Below, one piece after another: positions 39,336-51,240 of a DNA stretch of 64,000 nt (the stretch's first letter is position 1; every line of letters starts with the position of its first letter). Below the pieces are notes generated by a model. It did no database searches. It was not told the origin of the DNA and saw only the letters and a program-made list of their open reading frames with translations. The DNA is from Candidatus Latescibacterota bacterium (GTDB lineage Bacteria; Latescibacterota; UBA2968). The stretch is from NCBI GenBank assembly GCA_965198115.1, contig OZ240241.1, forward strand, positions 5,472,001-5,536,000. The letters are read 5' to 3'. Both the position numbers and the translations under genes were made by a program.

Positions 39336-40825
39336 GCCGCACAAGCCTGATCCTCCTCGGCATCGCGATCGTCTGTTGTGCCATCGCCGACATTGAAATC
39401 ACCACGCTCCATCCCTGGGGCGAAATGCGCCGAATGGCATTAGGCGCCCTCACGCCAGATCCGTCCGTTCTCTACACCTTTCGCCACGCGTTGCTGAACA
39501 CCGTCACCTTCGCCATCTGCGGGATCACGGTGGGAGTCATTGCGGGCAGCATCCTTTCCGCCGGGTTTCATCGCACGCCGATTCGTCTTTTCTGCGCGTT
39601 CATCCGTGCGATCCACGAAATCTTCTGGGCCTTTCTCTTCTTGCCCGTTGTCGGTCTCAATCCCGTCTGCGGCATCCTGGCCATCGGTATCCCGTATGCA
39701 GGTGTTTTCGCGAAGGTCTACTCCGAAATCTGGCAGGAAGCCGATCGCCGTCCGCTCCGTGGGTTGCCGGCAGGAGCAGGAGGGCTCTCACGTTTTCTCT
39801 ACGGTTTGTTGCCCCTGACCTGGCGCGGTCTCCACCACTACACGTCCTACCGATTCGAGTGCGCGCTCAGGTCCAGCGCAGTGCTCGGATTCATCGGACT
39901 CCCCACGCTCGGCTTCCATCTCGAAACGGCCTTCCGGGAAGGGCTTTATTCCGAGGCAGCCGTCCTGCTTTACGCGTTTTACCTGCTCATCGCATCGCTG
40001 CGCTATTGGATCAAGCCCAGACTCGTGCCGATCTACGTGGTGGTTTCCGCATCCCTCGTCGGTACCGCCACCCGACTGTCCTGGGCGAACGTAGAGCGTT
40101 TCTTCACGTATGAGATCGTGCCCTGGCCGATGCGTCGAGATGGATTCCTCGCTGGATCTGGCGACCTGTCATTGCCTGTGGATCAGACCTGGGTCTGGCT
40201 CATCGATCGATTCACGGATCAAGCCCTCCCCGGCATCTACCAGACGGTTGTGTTGACGCAAGTTGCCCTCGCGGCGACGGGCATCCTCACCCTCGTGGTA
40301 TTTCCCGGCATCAGCCGCCACTTCGTAGTGCCCTTTTTTTCCCGATTATGGCACTACGTCCTCATCGTCGTTCGAACCACGCCGGAATACATCCTCGCCT
40401 ACATCTTCGTGCAGCTGTGGGGGCCCTCCCTGCTGCCCGCTGTCGTAGCCATCGCTTTGCACAACGGAGCGATTCTGGCCTATCTCACGGGCCAACACGC
40501 TGACGGTCTTCGCCTCAGGCTCGATGCACCGGCTCGAAAGCTCGATCGCTACGGGTTCGAGGTCTTGCCCCGTGTCTACGGCCAGTTTCTGGCGTTTCTC
40601 TTCTATCGCTGGGAAATTATGATGCGCGAATCGGCCATTCTGGGGATCCTGGGTATCACGACGCTCGGATTCTTCATCGACAGCGCAATCGCCGAAGACA
40701 AGATGGACCAGGTCGTTCTGCTTCTGCTCGTCACTGCAATCCTCAATATGGGCGTCGACACCCTGTCGCAACGGATTCGGAGGGAACTGCATATTTCCAT
40801 CGGCGACATTAAAACCGTCGAGTAG
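39332..40825 (+). CDS. ABC permease, double PhnE-type domain
   Basis: YRFECALRSSAVLGFIG and YRWEIMMRESAILGILG repeats. Confidence 0.88.
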   Translation: MSRTSLILLGIAIVCCAIADIEITTLHPWGEMRRMALGALTPDPSVLYTFRHALLNTVTFAICGITVGVIAGSILSAGFHRTPIRLFCAFIRAIHEIFWAFLFLPVVGLNPVCGILAIGIPYAGVFAKVYSEIWQEADRRPLRGLPAGAGGLSRFLYGLLPLTWRGLHHYTSYRFECALRSSAVLGFIGLPTLGFHLETAFREGLYSEAAVLLYAFYLLIASLRYWIKPRLVPIYVVVSASLVGTATRLSWANVERFFTYEIVPWPMRRDGFLAGSGDLSLPVDQTWVWLIDRFTDQALPGIYQTVVLTQVALAATGILTLVVFPGISRHFVVPFFSRLWHYVLIVVRTTPEYILAYIFVQLWGPSLLPAVVAIALHNGAILAYLTGQHADGLRLRLDAPARKLDRYGFEVLPRVYGQFLAFLFYRWEIMMRESAILGILGITTLGFFIDSAIAEDKMDQVVLLLLVTAILNMGVDTLSQRIRRELHISIGDIKTVE

Positions 40826-40948
40826 CAAGTGTCTGTTTTGAAGCCGGATTGAGTCCAGCAGTCAGGGAACGTATCTTGAGACGCTCAGGATATGTGAAGA
40901 CGCCTACGGGCGTTGCGACGGTCCGACGTGATAGCAAGGGAGGTCTCG

Positions 40949-41667
40949 ATATATCGATCAGAGACGCTGGATGTTCAGGGCAACCCGATGCACACCCTCG
41001 TCTTCGAGCCGAGTGGCAGTGGGCCGCATCCTGGCTTGCTGATTGCACAGCACCTGCCCGTCGCCCACGAGGGACTCGAAAAGGATCCGTTCACACTCGA
41101 CGTCGGTGAGCGTTACGCTGCGGCTGGCTACGTTTGCGTCATCCCTTTCATCTTCCACTGGTGGCCGGATGACGAGGACATCGCCGTCAAGCGCGATGCG
41201 TTCCGAGACGATTGGACCGTCGCAGATCTGGAAGCGGCATTTACGTTGTTGGCTGGAATGGACTCGGTCAACGAGAACAGGACCGGCATTCTCGGTCACT
41301 GCTGGGGCGGTCGCGTCGCGTGGCTTGGTGCGTGTCACATCGAAACGCTGGCCGCGTGCGCCGTCTTCTACGGCGGCCGCATCAAGGTCCCATTCGCAGA
41401 CGGTGGCCCCGCGCCCATCGAGCTAGCGGATCGAATCGCGTGTCCTGTGCTCGGCATCTTTGGAAACGAGGACGCGGGCCCTTCACCCGAGGATGTGGAC
41501 GACTACGAACAGGCACTGAAGGACGCCAAAGTAGCTCACGAATTTCATCGCTACGACGGGGCCGGCCACGGGTTCCAGGACCACACCAACCCCGAACGCT
41601 ATCGCCAGGATCAGTCGGAGAACACTTGGAAAAGGCCATCGCCTTCTTTGATCACCACTTGAAGTAG
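40949..41667 (+). CDS. Dienelactone hydrolase family (3' frameshift; predicted start ATA)
   Basis: GHCWGG nucleophile motif, FYGG and YDGAGHGF. Confidence 0.85.
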
Positions 41668-41731
41668 TGCGACCGGTGGGAGCGGAGACCAAAGGTCCCG
41701 CCGTGAACACATCGCACCTACGCACAAATCA

Positions 41732-41764
41732 AGGGCCCGCGAGTCACTTCGACTCACGGGCCCT
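41732..41764. terminator. Hairpin between the convergent hydrolase gene and nrdB
   Basis: AGGGCCCGCGAGTC-acttc-GACTCACGGGCCCT. Confidence 0.65.
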
Positions 41765-41876
41765 CTCCTGATGTGGCTCCCCACGTCTCACACCCACACC
41801 AGATCGATCTCTAACTATTCTTCTCTGCACTCGAGAAGTGCGATTCCTCTCGCTCAGGGATCTCTTTCCTGTCCCT

Positions 41877-43037
<1,161 letters not shown>

Positions 43038-43132
43038 TCGTTGCGTCCCCCCCGGTTCAACTCTATCGATTCAAGGCGTGATTCAAGCCTCGCTCCGGTC
43101 AATCCTTCGTAGCTACGCGCCTTGTGTTCGCA

Positions 43133-45997
43133 CTACTGACACGCCTCGCAGTCTGGATCCGTCATATCGCAGACTGCGCCGGCCACCGTCACCCTCGGTC
43201 CCTCTTCCGTCTCCGGGGTTTGCTGTACCCCGTCGGCAATAATCTCTCTGGTGACCTGAATATCACTCGACGCGGAGCGGCTCTTCATCCATCGCGGTTG
43301 CAGACCCCGCTTGTTGACGTCTACCGTGGACTTCTCGATCTGCGTTGGCGCGACTGAACGCAGGTAGTAGGTCGTTTTCAAGCCACGTCGCCAGGCCAGC
43401 ATATACATATCGCTCAGGGCTTTCCCGCTCGGTTGGGCGATATAGAGATTCAACGACTGCCCCATATCCAGCCACTTTTGCCGCCTGCTGGCGCACTCGA
43501 TCAGCCAGATCGAATCGATTTCGAACGACGTTCTGTAGAGCGCTTTCATATCTGCGGGTATGCGATCGATCTCCTGCAACGACCCATCGTAATACTTCAG
43601 GTCCTCGAGCATCTGTTCGTCCCAAAGACCCAGTCGCTTGAGGTCGTCGACCATGTATTGATTGATGATCGTAAAATCGCCCGACAGATTCGCCTTCACG
43701 AACAGGTTTCGATAGGTCGGTTCGATCGACTGTGTCACCCCGGCTATATTTGAAATCGTCGCCGTCGGCGCGATAGCCATCACGTTGCTGTTTCGCATCC
43801 CGTGTTGTTTCACCGCCTCGCGAACGACCGTCCAGTCGAGAGCTGTCGAACGATCCACTTCTACGTTGCCGCCACGTTCCTCGGCAAGCAGATCGAGTGT
43901 ATCGATCGGCAAGTGCCCGCGGTCCCATTTGGAGTCTGCGTAGCTCGAGTAGGTCCCGCGCTCTTCCGCGAGCTCGGTCGAAGCCAGGATCGCGTGATAG
44001 GAGATGAACTCCATCGTCCGATCCGACAATTCGATCGCGCCATCCGACTCGTTGGGGACACGCAGCTTGTAGAGCATATCCTGGAAACCCATCAGACCCA
44101 ATCCGACCGGTCGGTGCCGCTCGTTGCTGTTCTTCGCCTCTGGCGTCGGGTAAAAATTGATGTCGATCACGTTGTCCAGCATCCGTAGCGCCGTATGGAT
44201 CGTGTCGGCCATCCGTTCGAAATCGATCCCCCCCGACCCCGTGTGTTCGCCCAGATTGACCGAACCTAGGTTACAGACCGCCGTCTCGTCCTCGCTCGTA
44301 TTCAGCAGAATCTCGGTGCACAAATTGGAGCTGTGGACGACGCCAACGTGGTCCTGTGGCGATCGAATGTTCGACGGATCCTTGAACGTGATCCAGGGGT
44401 GCCCCGTCTCGAACACCATCGACAACATCTTTCGCCACAGCTGCACGGCGTCCACCTGGCGGTATTGACGCAACTCACCAGCTTCCGCCCGCCGCTCGTA
44501 CTCGACGTATCGCGCTTCGAATGCCGATCCGTAGAGGTCGTGGAGGTCGGGTACTTCGTCGGGACTGAACAAGGTCCACGATCCGTTCTCTGCCACACGC
44601 TGCATAAACAGGTCGGGGATCCAGTTGGCCGTGTTCATATCGTGCGTGCGACGCCGTTCATCACCCGTGTTCTTCCTGAGCTCCAGGAAATCCTCGATAT
44701 CCAGGTGCCACGTCTCGAGATACGCACAGACGGCGCCTTTTCGTTTGCCGCCTTGGTTAACGGCAACAGCCGTGTCGTTGATCACCTTCAAAAAGGGAAC
44801 GACACCCTGACTCTTACCGTTCGTCCCCTCGATGTGCGCGTTCGTGGCACGCACGTTTGTCCAGTCGTTTCCGAGCCCACCCGCCCACTTGGACAAGCGC
44901 GCGTTGTCGGACACGACCTTGAAAATGTGGCCAAGATCATCTTGCGTCGTGGACAGATAGCACGAGCTGAGCTGAGGGTGGCGCGTACCCGAATTGAACA
45001 GCGTTGGCGTAGCAGAAACGAAGCGGAATGTCGAGAGTACTTCGTAGAATTCGATCGCCCGCTCGTTCATCTGCTCGCCTTCTTCGACAGCCAACCCCAT
45101 AGCCACGCGCATCCAAAAGAACTGTGGCGTTTCGATCCGGCGTTCCGAAACGTGAATCAGATAGCGATCGTAGATCGTTTGGAGGCCGAGATACCCGAAG
45201 GCGGCGTCCCGTTCGGGTTTGAGGGCGGACGACAGTAGGCCGATGTCGAAGTTCAGCAACCGGCCATCGAGCCGCTTGGCACGCACCCCGGCTTCTAGAT
45301 AGTCACTGAACCCTTCACGGCACGTCGATGCGACATCTTGTTGAGAAGGCTTTTGCCCCAGCGTGTGGCGATAGATGACGTTGAGTAGAAGACGGGCCGC
45401 CACCTTGCCGTAAGCCGGTTCGCTCTCGACTCGCTGACGAGCGGACAGGATCATCGCCCGCTCGATGTCCTCCGCCTTGATGTTGTCGTAAAGGGAACGG
45501 TAGACTTCCTCAAGCAAATCGCTGGGTTCACATTCGGTCAACCCTTCACAGGCAGAGAAAATCTCGACCCGAATACGTGTCGGATCGAGAGGTTCGTGCT
45601 TTCCGTCCGCCGTCAGAACGCGGAGTTTGGGTGCCTGCGGCGACGGGGCTTCACGCCCGCTCAGCACGCGGGCCTTCGTATGGGCCTCGCGATAGACGAT
45701 GTAGCGACGGGCAACGGAGTAGTGCTCCGCTCGCATCAGCTGGATTTCGACCTTATCCTGGACCCGCTCGACCTCGATCGTCTCACCCTCTCGGAGCGAA
45801 CCCTGTACATCCCCCACGACCGCGTTGGTGATGTCTGCAATTTCTGCTCTCACGGACGGGTCGAGGGCTACGCTCGTCGGCAACTCGGCGTCTGCACGAA
45901 ATGCCTTCTCGATGGCGCTTTCGATGCGATCACGATCGAATGGAACGGTACGCCCATCGCGCTTGCGCACGCTGACGCCCTGGGCGAGCTGAACCAT
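43133..45997 (-). CDS. nrdA: Ribonucleotide reductase alpha subunit with two ATP cones
   Basis: VRKRDG cone, [36 protein letters not shown] and C-terminal CEAC; GGAGG RBS. Confidence 0.95.
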   Translation of the reverse strand: MVQLAQGVSVRKRDGRTVPFDRDRIESAIEKAFRADAELPTSVALDPSVRAEIADITNAVVGDVQGSLREGETIEVERVQDKVEIQLMRAEHYSVARRYIVYREAHTKARVLSGREAPSPQAPKLRVLTADGKHEPLDPTRIRVEIFSACEGLTECEPSDLLEEVYRSLYDNIKAEDIERAMILSARQRVESEPAYGKVAARLLLNVIYRHTLGQKPSQQDVASTCREGFSDYLEAGVRAKRLDGRLLNFDIGLLSSALKPERDAAFGYLGLQTIYDRYLIHVSERRIETPQFFWMRVAMGLAVEEGEQMNERAIEFYEVLSTFRFVSATPTLFNSGTRHPQLSSCYLSTTQDDLGHIFKVVSDNARLSKWAGGLGNDWTNVRATNAHIEGTNGKSQGVVPFLKVINDTAVAVNQGGKRKGAVCAYLETWHLDIEDFLELRKNTGDERRRTHDMNTANWIPDLFMQRVAENGSWTLFSPDEVPDLHDLYGSAFEARYVEYERRAEAGELRQYRQVDAVQLWRKMLSMVFETGHPWITFKDPSNIRSPQDHVGVVHSSNLCTEILLNTSEDETAVCNLGSVNLGEHTGSGGIDFERMADTIHTALRMLDNVIDINFYPTPEAKNSNERHRPVGLGLMGFQDMLYKLRVPNESDGAIELSDRTMEFISYHAILASTELAEERGTYSSYADSKWDRGHLPIDTLDLLAEERGGNVEVDRSTALDWTVVREAVKQHGMRNSNVMAIAPTATISNIAGVTQSIEPTYRNLFVKANLSGDFTIINQYMVDDLKRLGLWDEQMLEDLKYYDGSLQEIDRIPADMKALYRTSFEIDSIWLIECASRRQKWLDMGQSLNLYIAQPSGKALSDMYMLAWRRGLKTTYYLRSVAPTQIEKSTVDVNKRGLQPRWMKSRSASSDIQVTREIIADGVQQTPETEEGPRVTVAGAVCDMTDPDCEACQ

Positions 45998-46274
45998 TGG
46001 GCCTGGCCTCCCTGTGGACTTAGAACGAACGTGGAGTCGACGCGTCAGACAGGGTGAACCCGAATGGAAAAGCTCGAGACCCATCGGACCGACGATCGAG
46101 TAGAGTATGGGGATCGCGTTTTGAACCGTCTCAGGGAGAGGGGAAAGCAGCGAGGAAACTGCAAAATCAACCTGAAATTATGTGGTTCTGGATGGTGCAA
46201 ATTCCGGCTCGGGGAAGCCGAAAACGCGCACACTGAGGAAGTGTGCGAACAACGCCAGAATAAGGTGACGACCG

Positions 46275-46342
46275 TCACCTGTATCTTGAGCGCTCCACAA
46301 TATATTGTGGTTTCTGCCTAAAGTCAACCCCAAATGTTGCAG
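46275..46342. promoter_or_regulatory. NrdR boxes and nrdA promoter
   Basis: Perfect CCACAATATATTGTGG (46295-46310) covers the -10 of a minus-strand TTGACT-17-TATATT promoter; weaker boxes at 46327-46342 and 46275-46290. Confidence 0.8.
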
Positions 46343-46525
46343 TCCGGCTACAACCGCTAACTGACTGCGTCACAACGAAATCGATCGAAATCGGACGAAT
46401 TGCGGTCTCCGGAATCCGGATAATATGGCGCAAAACACCAACTCTGCGAAGAGCCCCGCAGAATCGATTTTCGCTTTCATTCCAAGCGTCGATTTTGTTT
46501 ATTGCGCGCGCGGAAAACCGATCCA

Positions 46526-47548
46526 ATGACCGATCTCCGTAACATTCCCACGAACCTATTCACCGGGCTCCTCGGGGTCGGCAAAACGACCTCCATCCTC
46601 GACGCGATCGCCCGAAAACCCGGAAAAGATCGGTGGGCGATCCTCGTCAACGAATTCGGGGATGTTCCGATCGATCAGGCCGCATTCGAGGCTCACGGTA
46701 ACGAAACGATCGCAATCAAGGAAGTCGCTGGCGGATGTCTATGCTGCACCGCGGGTCTACCGCTCCAGGTCGCTCTCACGCTTCTTCTTCGTGAGGCGAA
46801 ACCCGATCGACTCTTGATCGAAATGTCAGGGATGGGTCATCCAGGATACGTGCTCCGGTCGATCCGCGACGGCCGATTCGAGGGAGTCCTCGATCTGAAG
46901 GCCACGATCGGCCTCGTCGATCCCCGGGATTACGAAGATCCTGGAATTCGGGACACACAGACCTTCCAGGATCAGTCTCATCTTGCCGATGTCCTCGTCG
47001 TGACCAAAACCGACCTCTGCGACTCGGATTTAGTTGCAGAATGCACACGTTGGGCCAAAGCACTGTTCCCTCCGAAACGGATCGTCGTCAACACCGAACG
47101 TGGCCGCATCGAGCCCGAGTGGCTGGACCTCGATCCACGTGCCGCGCAGGTCCCGCTCTTTCACGCTTCGCACGAAGAAGCGCGGGACCACCACCACCAC
47201 GCCCCTTCCGAAGCGATCACGATCGGCGTCGGACGGCCTCACCGGGCGGAAAATCACGGGTTCGATCACTACGCTTGCGGCTGGATCTTCGACCCGGAAG
47301 AGATCTTCGACGAGGATCTGCTACTCGAATGTCTGGCGGACGACGACGACATCGTACGGATCAAAGGCGTGTTCCGAATCGGCGGTGACTGGATTCTTCT
47401 GAACCGAACAGGTGAAGAAATCGAAACACGTCGCAACGCCTACTGCCTTGACAGCCGGATCGAAGTCATCACACGAAGCAGCAACCCCGATTGGGATCGA
47501 TTGGAACACGAGCTCCTCGCCTGTCGACTTCGGAACCTCGTTCCTTGA
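46526..47548 (+). CDS. COG0523/CobW-family G3E metallochaperone GTPase
   Basis: GLLGVGKTT, VNEFG, GGCLCC, His run and RIKG. Confidence 0.9.
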   Translation: MTDLRNIPTNLFTGLLGVGKTTSILDAIARKPGKDRWAILVNEFGDVPIDQAAFEAHGNETIAIKEVAGGCLCCTAGLPLQVALTLLLREAKPDRLLIEMSGMGHPGYVLRSIRDGRFEGVLDLKATIGLVDPRDYEDPGIRDTQTFQDQSHLADVLVVTKTDLCDSDLVAECTRWAKALFPPKRIVVNTERGRIEPEWLDLDPRAAQVPLFHASHEEARDHHHHAPSEAITIGVGRPHRAENHGFDHYACGWIFDPEEIFDEDLLLECLADDDDIVRIKGVFRIGGDWILLNRTGEEIETRRNAYCLDSRIEVITRSSNPDWDRLEHELLACRLRNLVP

Positions 47549-47820
47549 AGAGCCACCCACTCATCCAACTGCCGACCGTAGTCATCCGAGCACTCGTCGT
47601 CGGCTATCGTGCACTGCTTTCCCCGTTCCTGCACACCCTGATGCCGGGTTTTGGCTGTCGGTTCCACCCGACCTGCTCCGAATACGCGCTCCAGAGCCTG
47701 AACGCACACGGGCTCATCCGGGGAGGACGACTCGTGATCTGGAGACTCGCAAAGTGCCACCCGTTTCATCCAGGCGGATGCGATCCCGTTCCTCCGCCAG
47801 CGACTGAACTGAAAACCTGA
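47545..47820 (+). CDS. yidD: Membrane protein insertion efficiency factor YidD
   Basis: [11 protein letters not shown] and [14 protein letters not shown]. Confidence 0.88.
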   Translation: MKSHPLIQLPTVVIRALVVGYRALLSPFLHTLMPGFGCRFHPTCSEYALQSLNAHGLIRGGRLVIWRLAKCHPFHPGGCDPVPPPATELKT

Positions 47821-49349
47821 TGGACATTCGATTCTACAACACGTTGACCAACGTGGAGCAGACGTTCGCGCCTCTGGAACCGCCCGATGTAAGGATCTAC
47901 TCTTGCGGCCCGACCGTCTACGACTTCTCCCACGTCGGCAATTTCCGCTCCTTCCTGTTCGCTGACCTGCTCAACCGGTTTCTCACCGCGGCTGGCTACA
48001 ACGTGATTCACGCGATGAATCTGACCGACGTGGGACACATGACCGAGGACGATGTCGCTGACGCCAGCGGGGAAGACAAGATGGCCGTGGCGTCCCGGCG
48101 CCTGAAAGAGGCAAAGAGAGCAGGCACGCTCGAACCCGGCGCTGTAGAGGATCCCGACAATCCATTCGAGGTGGCGCGCTACTACACCAGAGCCTTCATC
48201 GAAGACGCCAAAACGGTTGGAATGAAGCTGGCCTGGGATTACCCCGGGAAAGTCGTGCACGCAACCGACCACATTCCGGAGATGCAGGAACTCATCCAAA
48301 AGCTCATCGGCAGCGGGCACGCATACGTCGCGGATGACGGCGTTGTCTACTACCACGTCGAAAGCTATCCCGAATATGGGCGTCTCAGCGGCAACGACAT
48401 CGCGAACCTCAAGGAAGGCGAGGGGGGGCGAATCTCCGAGAAGCATCAGGCTCAAAAGAAACATCCCGCCGATTTCTTCCTGTGGAAACCCGACGCACAC
48501 CACATCATGAAATGGGACTCACCGTGGGGAGAAGGCTACCCCGGATGGCACGTCGAGTGTTCGGCGATGGCCATGAAGGTGCTTGAGCGTGAAGTCATCG
48601 ACATCCACACCGGCGGCGAAGACAACATCTTTCCCCACCACGAGTGCGAGATCGCCCAGTCTTGTGGTGCAACGGGACACGAGGAGTTTGCGCGGGTGTG
48701 GATGCACCCTCGCCACCTGTTCGTCGAAGGTGGAAAGATGTCCAAGAGCGAGGGCACTTTCTACACAGTCGGCGATGTCCTCGAAGGCAAAGTCACGGGA
48801 CGTCCCGTCGATCCCGGCGTTCTCCGTTTCGAGCTGATCAAAACCCACTATCGAGCGAACTTGAACTTCACCGAGAAGGGGCTTCACGACTCCGCGAACA
48901 CGGTTCGGCGACTCCGCGAGTTTCGCCAGGGTCTGGAGGCGGGGGGCGACGGCCGTCCAGCGCAGATCGATGGCTCGCATCCCGTCGTGGCTGAGTTTCT
49001 TGGTGCACTGAGCGAAGACCTGAATATCAGCGCTGCCATGGCCGTGGTGTTCGAATGGATGTCGCAACCTGTCGGGGATCCGGTCGAGTCATTGGGCGTC
49101 TTCGAAATCGTGAACAACATTCTGAATGTCGGGCCCGTGAGGGATGGAGCCGGACGGGAGATCGAATCGCTTGCGGACGGAGGCGACACAGGCGAACTTG
49201 ACCCCGAAGCGCTTTGCCGCGGGATCGACGAAGCGAGAGCATCGAAGGACTATGCTACGGCGGATGCGCTTCGTGATGAGCTCGTATCGAACGGCTACGA
49301 AGTCAGAACGACCCCGGAGGGGACGGTTGCCAGGCGGATGCTCGCCTGA
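47820..49349 (+). CDS. cysS: Cysteine--tRNA ligase
   Basis: [29 protein letters not shown] and KMSKS. Confidence 0.95.
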   Translation: MDIRFYNTLTNVEQTFAPLEPPDVRIYSCGPTVYDFSHVGNFRSFLFADLLNRFLTAAGYNVIHAMNLTDVGHMTEDDVADASGEDKMAVASRRLKEAKRAGTLEPGAVEDPDNPFEVARYYTRAFIEDAKTVGMKLAWDYPGKVVHATDHIPEMQELIQKLIGSGHAYVADDGVVYYHVESYPEYGRLSGNDIANLKEGEGGRISEKHQAQKKHPADFFLWKPDAHHIMKWDSPWGEGYPGWHVECSAMAMKVLEREVIDIHTGGEDNIFPHHECEIAQSCGATGHEEFARVWMHPRHLFVEGGKMSKSEGTFYTVGDVLEGKVTGRPVDPGVLRFELIKTHYRANLNFTEKGLHDSANTVRRLREFRQGLEAGGDGRPAQIDGSHPVVAEFLGALSEDLNISAAMAVVFEWMSQPVGDPVESLGVFEIVNNILNVGPVRDGAGREIESLADGGDTGELDPEALCRGIDEARASKDYATADALRDELVSNGYEVRTTPEGTVARRMLA

Positions 49350-49385
49350 GCAATCCAGCTGATCGGGATAGACGTACCAGGGAGG

Positions 49386-50352
49386 GTGTTGAAGCGAAAT
49401 AAATCGCCAGATGGAGTCTATACCATTCTCGCCGTGCCACATCCTGGTGGTCAGAGACGAGAATGGGTCATCAGTGCACCGCTCCTGCGCGGCACCAAGC
49501 TGGGCGTGCTCGGCATCGTGATCGCAACCTTCCTCCTGGCCGTCAACTACCATATTAGCGCACTCAACGGGATCAGAACTGAAAAACTGCGGCTCGAAAA
49601 CCCGTCTGAGTCACGCACTCGCTACGGTTCAGGACCGGCTGTTCGAAGCGAACGAAAATCTCGAGCACCTGTCCGATGCCGACCGCAAATTGCGGGTCTG
49701 GGCGGAAATTCAGGACGTCGACAGCGATACACGACAGTTGGGTGTAGGTGGAGGTGAAAGTCCCTCGCCGGCCTGGGCCGGCAAGGTAGAGGACCGAACA
49801 GCGGAAGCGCTTCGATCCGCGTACGTCGACCTCGACCGTCTGAACCGAAGGTCAAGGTTCCTGGCCGACAGTTTCAGTCAGATCGAGGCCGCCCTCACAC
49901 GCAACGCCGTCGTGCGGGACCATACACCCTCGATCCTCCCGATTCCGACCCACGTCGATCACTGGATCTCCTCGCGCTACGGCTACCGCAACGATCCCTA
50001 CACCGGACGTCGCGAGTTTCACAACGGTATCGACATCGCCGGCCATCGAGGCACGCCCATCGTTGCAACGGCCGACGGCCTAGTCGAGAAAATCCAAAGA
50101 GACCGCCGCATCGGCTTCTACATCGCGCTCGACCACGGACACGGCATGCGTACGATCTACGGGCACCTTCAGAGTCGCCCTGACCTCCGAGTGGGCCAAC
50201 GCGTCGAGCGAGGAGAAGAAATCGGTAAAATGGGGAACTCGGGTCGATCGACGGGCCCGCACATCCACTACGCCGTCTACCAGGGCGGCCGCACGAAGAA
50301 CCCTACTTCCTTCATCTTCAACCGCGGCATCGACCTCGCCTCCAGATATTGA
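49386..50352 (+). CDS. M23 family metallopeptidase (frameshift near 49600)
   Basis: N-terminal TM segment; HNGID, YGHL and GRSTGPHIHY. Confidence 0.85.
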
Positions 50353-50373
50353 TCGTGCGGGACCCGATTTGAT

Positions 50374-50412
50374 AACGAAGAGGGCGGCTCATCACGAGCC
50401 GCCCTCTTCGTT
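50374..50412. terminator. 17-bp-stem hairpin after the M23 gene
   Basis: AACGAAGAGGGCGGCTC-atcac-GAGCCGCCCTCTTCGTT. Confidence 0.7.
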
Positions 50413-50468
50413 CCCCTATTGGTCTACAATTATGACTTTGCCGCCGTATGAGTGGACGGTTTTCGCTT

Positions 50469-50505
50469 TTGCCAGAGGCCCCCGTGATACGTATATTATA
50501 CGTAT
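50469..50505 (+). promoter_or_regulatory. Toxin-antitoxin promoter with palindromic operator
   Basis: TTGCCA-17-TATATT; ATACGTATA-T-TATACGTAT (50487-50505) covers the -10. Confidence 0.75.
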
Positions 50506-50529
50506 TCATCACGTGTAACGGAGGCTGCT

Positions 50530-50760
50530 ATGCAGAAGAAGCTCACAATCACCATCGGCGAAGACCTCTACCATGCGCTACACCGAACTATCGGTCGGGG
50601 CAAGATCAGTCGATTCATTGAGGATCTTCTGAGACCGCACGTGCTGCACAAGGCGTTGGACTCGGCTTACGCCGAGATGGGTGCAGATCGCGCCAGGGAG
50701 GAAGAAGCATTCTACTGGGCCGAGGGAACAATCGGAGACGCACTCGATGAATCGGGGTGA
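50530..50760 (+). CDS. Type II antitoxin (RHH-like)
   Basis: [15 protein letters not shown], acidic C-terminus, overlaps the toxin gene. Confidence 0.8.
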   Translation: MQKKLTITIGEDLYHALHRTIGRGKISRFIEDLLRPHVLHKALDSAYAEMGADRAREEEAFYWAEGTIGDALDESG

Positions 50761-51091
50761 AATCTGGTGGGTCAATTTCGATCCTTCGGTCGGTGGCGAA
50801 ACCCGAAAGCGTCGTCCAGCCATCATCGTCAGCAACGACGCATCGAACCGACACCTGAATCGCCTCCAAGTCGTTCCACTGACCTCGAACGTTTCCCGAC
50901 TTTTCCCGAGTGAGGCCTTCGTCACGCTCCGTGGCCGAGCGACAAAGGCAATGGCTGATCAGCTGGCCACGGTAAGCAAGCGCCGTGTATCAGATCGAGT
51001 CGACGTTCTGGACCAGAACGAAATGCGGGGAGTGGAAAGAGCGATCAGAATACAACTCGGACTCGCCGCCTTTGAGGAAACTGTCGAGTAA
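50747..51091 (+). CDS. PemK/MazF endoribonuclease toxin
   Basis: [31 protein letters not shown] and DQL. Confidence 0.92.
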   Translation: MNRGEIWWVNFDPSVGGETRKRRPAIIVSNDASNRHLNRLQVVPLTSNVSRLFPSEAFVTLRGRATKAMADQLATVSKRRVSDRVDVLDQNEMRGVERAIRIQLGLAAFEETVE

Positions 51092-51240
51092 ATACGAAAG
51101 GGGCGACTCAACCAAATGAGCCGCCCGTGCACCACTTTCGATTTTGCAACGTCCGTCCTGCGTATCTGCCTATTCCCCGTAGGGCCTCGCTGTGACGACC
51201 AACCGCCGCCCCCGTGCTCTCCGTGGTTCAGCCTCTTCCT

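Noticed and set aside
45998-46292. Cobalamin riboswitch upstream of nrdAB
   Set aside because: The conserved B12-box elements (GGGAA, GCCACTG, AGCCAG-AGACC) were not found on the coding strand.
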